A stretch of DNA of 63,494 nucleotides, filler included, from Olpidium bornovanus S191 (taxonomy: Eukaryota > Fungi > Olpidiomycota), in the NCBI GenBank assembly GCA_017911155.1. It is 29 parts of 29 records of this genome, joined end to end, with 100 filler letters (N's around TTAATTAATTAA, not from the genome) between each part and the next. Parts side by side here need not be neighbours in the genome. Positions count along the whole stretch, not along the records: positions 62,118 to 63,494 come from JAEFCI010000510.1; 28 more parts are not named here. One strand, written 5' to 3'. The notes beneath the pieces are model-generated. The model saw nothing but the letters and a program-made list of their open reading frames with translations. It did not search any database and had not been told where the DNA came from. The position numbers and the translations under genes were made by a program. Positions 62,721 to 63,494 of the stretch are shown in pieces (the first letter of the stretch is position 1; every line of letters begins with the position of its first letter).

Positions 62721-63494
62721 TTTTTTTTTTATTCTTCCTCTTTCTCTCTCTCTCTCTCCTGGGCTTAGCCGCCGCTGCGCGCACAGAGAAAAAAAAAAAA
62801 TTCGTGAGCACGCGTGACAAAAAACCCCGGCCGCGTCCTTTTCCCCCCGTCCCCCCCCCCCCTCCCCGGTTCTTCTCCCCCGGCTCGACGCGCGACCCGC
62901 TCGACGACGGCGCGCGCGGGGCGAATTAGCGCGGGGTTTTTTTGTATGTTTGTTTGTTTGTTTGTTTGTTTTTTCTCTCGTTCCTCGGCGCGCTCGGAGC
63001 GCCCCCTTAAAGACGACGCGCGCGCCCCTCCCCACCTTCCGCCCCCCTTCCTCTTTTGGAATATTCCGGGTCGCCAAGCGCCGGCGGCGGCGGCGGCGGC
63101 GGGGGGGGGCCCCAAACCCTGACCCTGAACCCCGCGAAAAGATAAAGATGAAAAAAAAAAAGAAAAGAAACGCTCGCGAGTTAAGTTCCACCTTCCCCCG
63201 CGCATTCGCCCGCGGAGCTCCCCGGCCCCACGCGGGCGGCGGCTGCCCCCGTGAAAACGCGCGGCCCATGCTCTGCCCCAAGGCCCGCGCGCAGGTAACG
63301 TTCCGCAGGCCCCGTTGGTCATCGAAGGCGCCCGTCTCCACTCTCTCAGTACGGCGCGGGAAAAGAAGAAAACCACCCTCGACGCAAAACAAAAACGCAC
63401 AAGAGGGGCGGCTGGCCGGGGTGGGAGGTGGTGAGGGAGGAGAAGGCGGGGGGGGGGGGGGGGGGGGGGGGGGAAAGAAAAAAAGGAGGGGGGC

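Overview
This window is not one continuous locus. It is 29 short eukaryotic contigs (about 1-4.6 kb each) joined by an artificial 100-nt spacer (44 N + TTAATTAATTAA + 44 N), so adjacency across spacers means nothing. The DNA is GC-rich, intron-dense (GT-AG, with CTAAC/CTGAC/CTCAC-type branch points) and full of homopolymer and microsatellite tracts. The gene content looks fungal, with some animal/protist-like retentions; I infer an early-diverging, possibly zoosporic fungus (Olpidium-like assembly style, unverified). Recognisable genes: citrate synthase, fumarase, TAD2, proteasome beta5, YDJ1-type Hsp40, TM9SF/EMP70, FMP27/BLTP2, a SUGP1-like splicing factor, mitochondrial glycerol-3-phosphate dehydrogenase with EF-hands, phosphomannomutase, PHYHD1, mitochondrial-type ThrRS, a FAM184-like coiled-coil protein, a Gly-rich CCHC zinc-knuckle protein and a eukaryotic FtsX/MacB-like permease. 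There are also remnants of Ty3/Gypsy, Ty1/Copia and Tc1/mariner-like elements. I find no multi-gene novel system. The best single-gene leads are a complete six-exon orphan 7TM receptor-like gene, a second GPCR-like gene, a protein with tandem ASH2L/KAT14-type winged-helix domains, the FtsX-like permease, and a ThrRS whose editing-site Cys is replaced by Ser. A strong technical signal overlays everything: contig ends and at least two chimeric-looking junctions fall exactly on CATG (the NlaIII site). This probably explains both the apparent 121-bp terminal inverted repeat and an in-frame TM9SF::Copia-RT fusion. All family assignments come from motif recognition by eye, not database searches.
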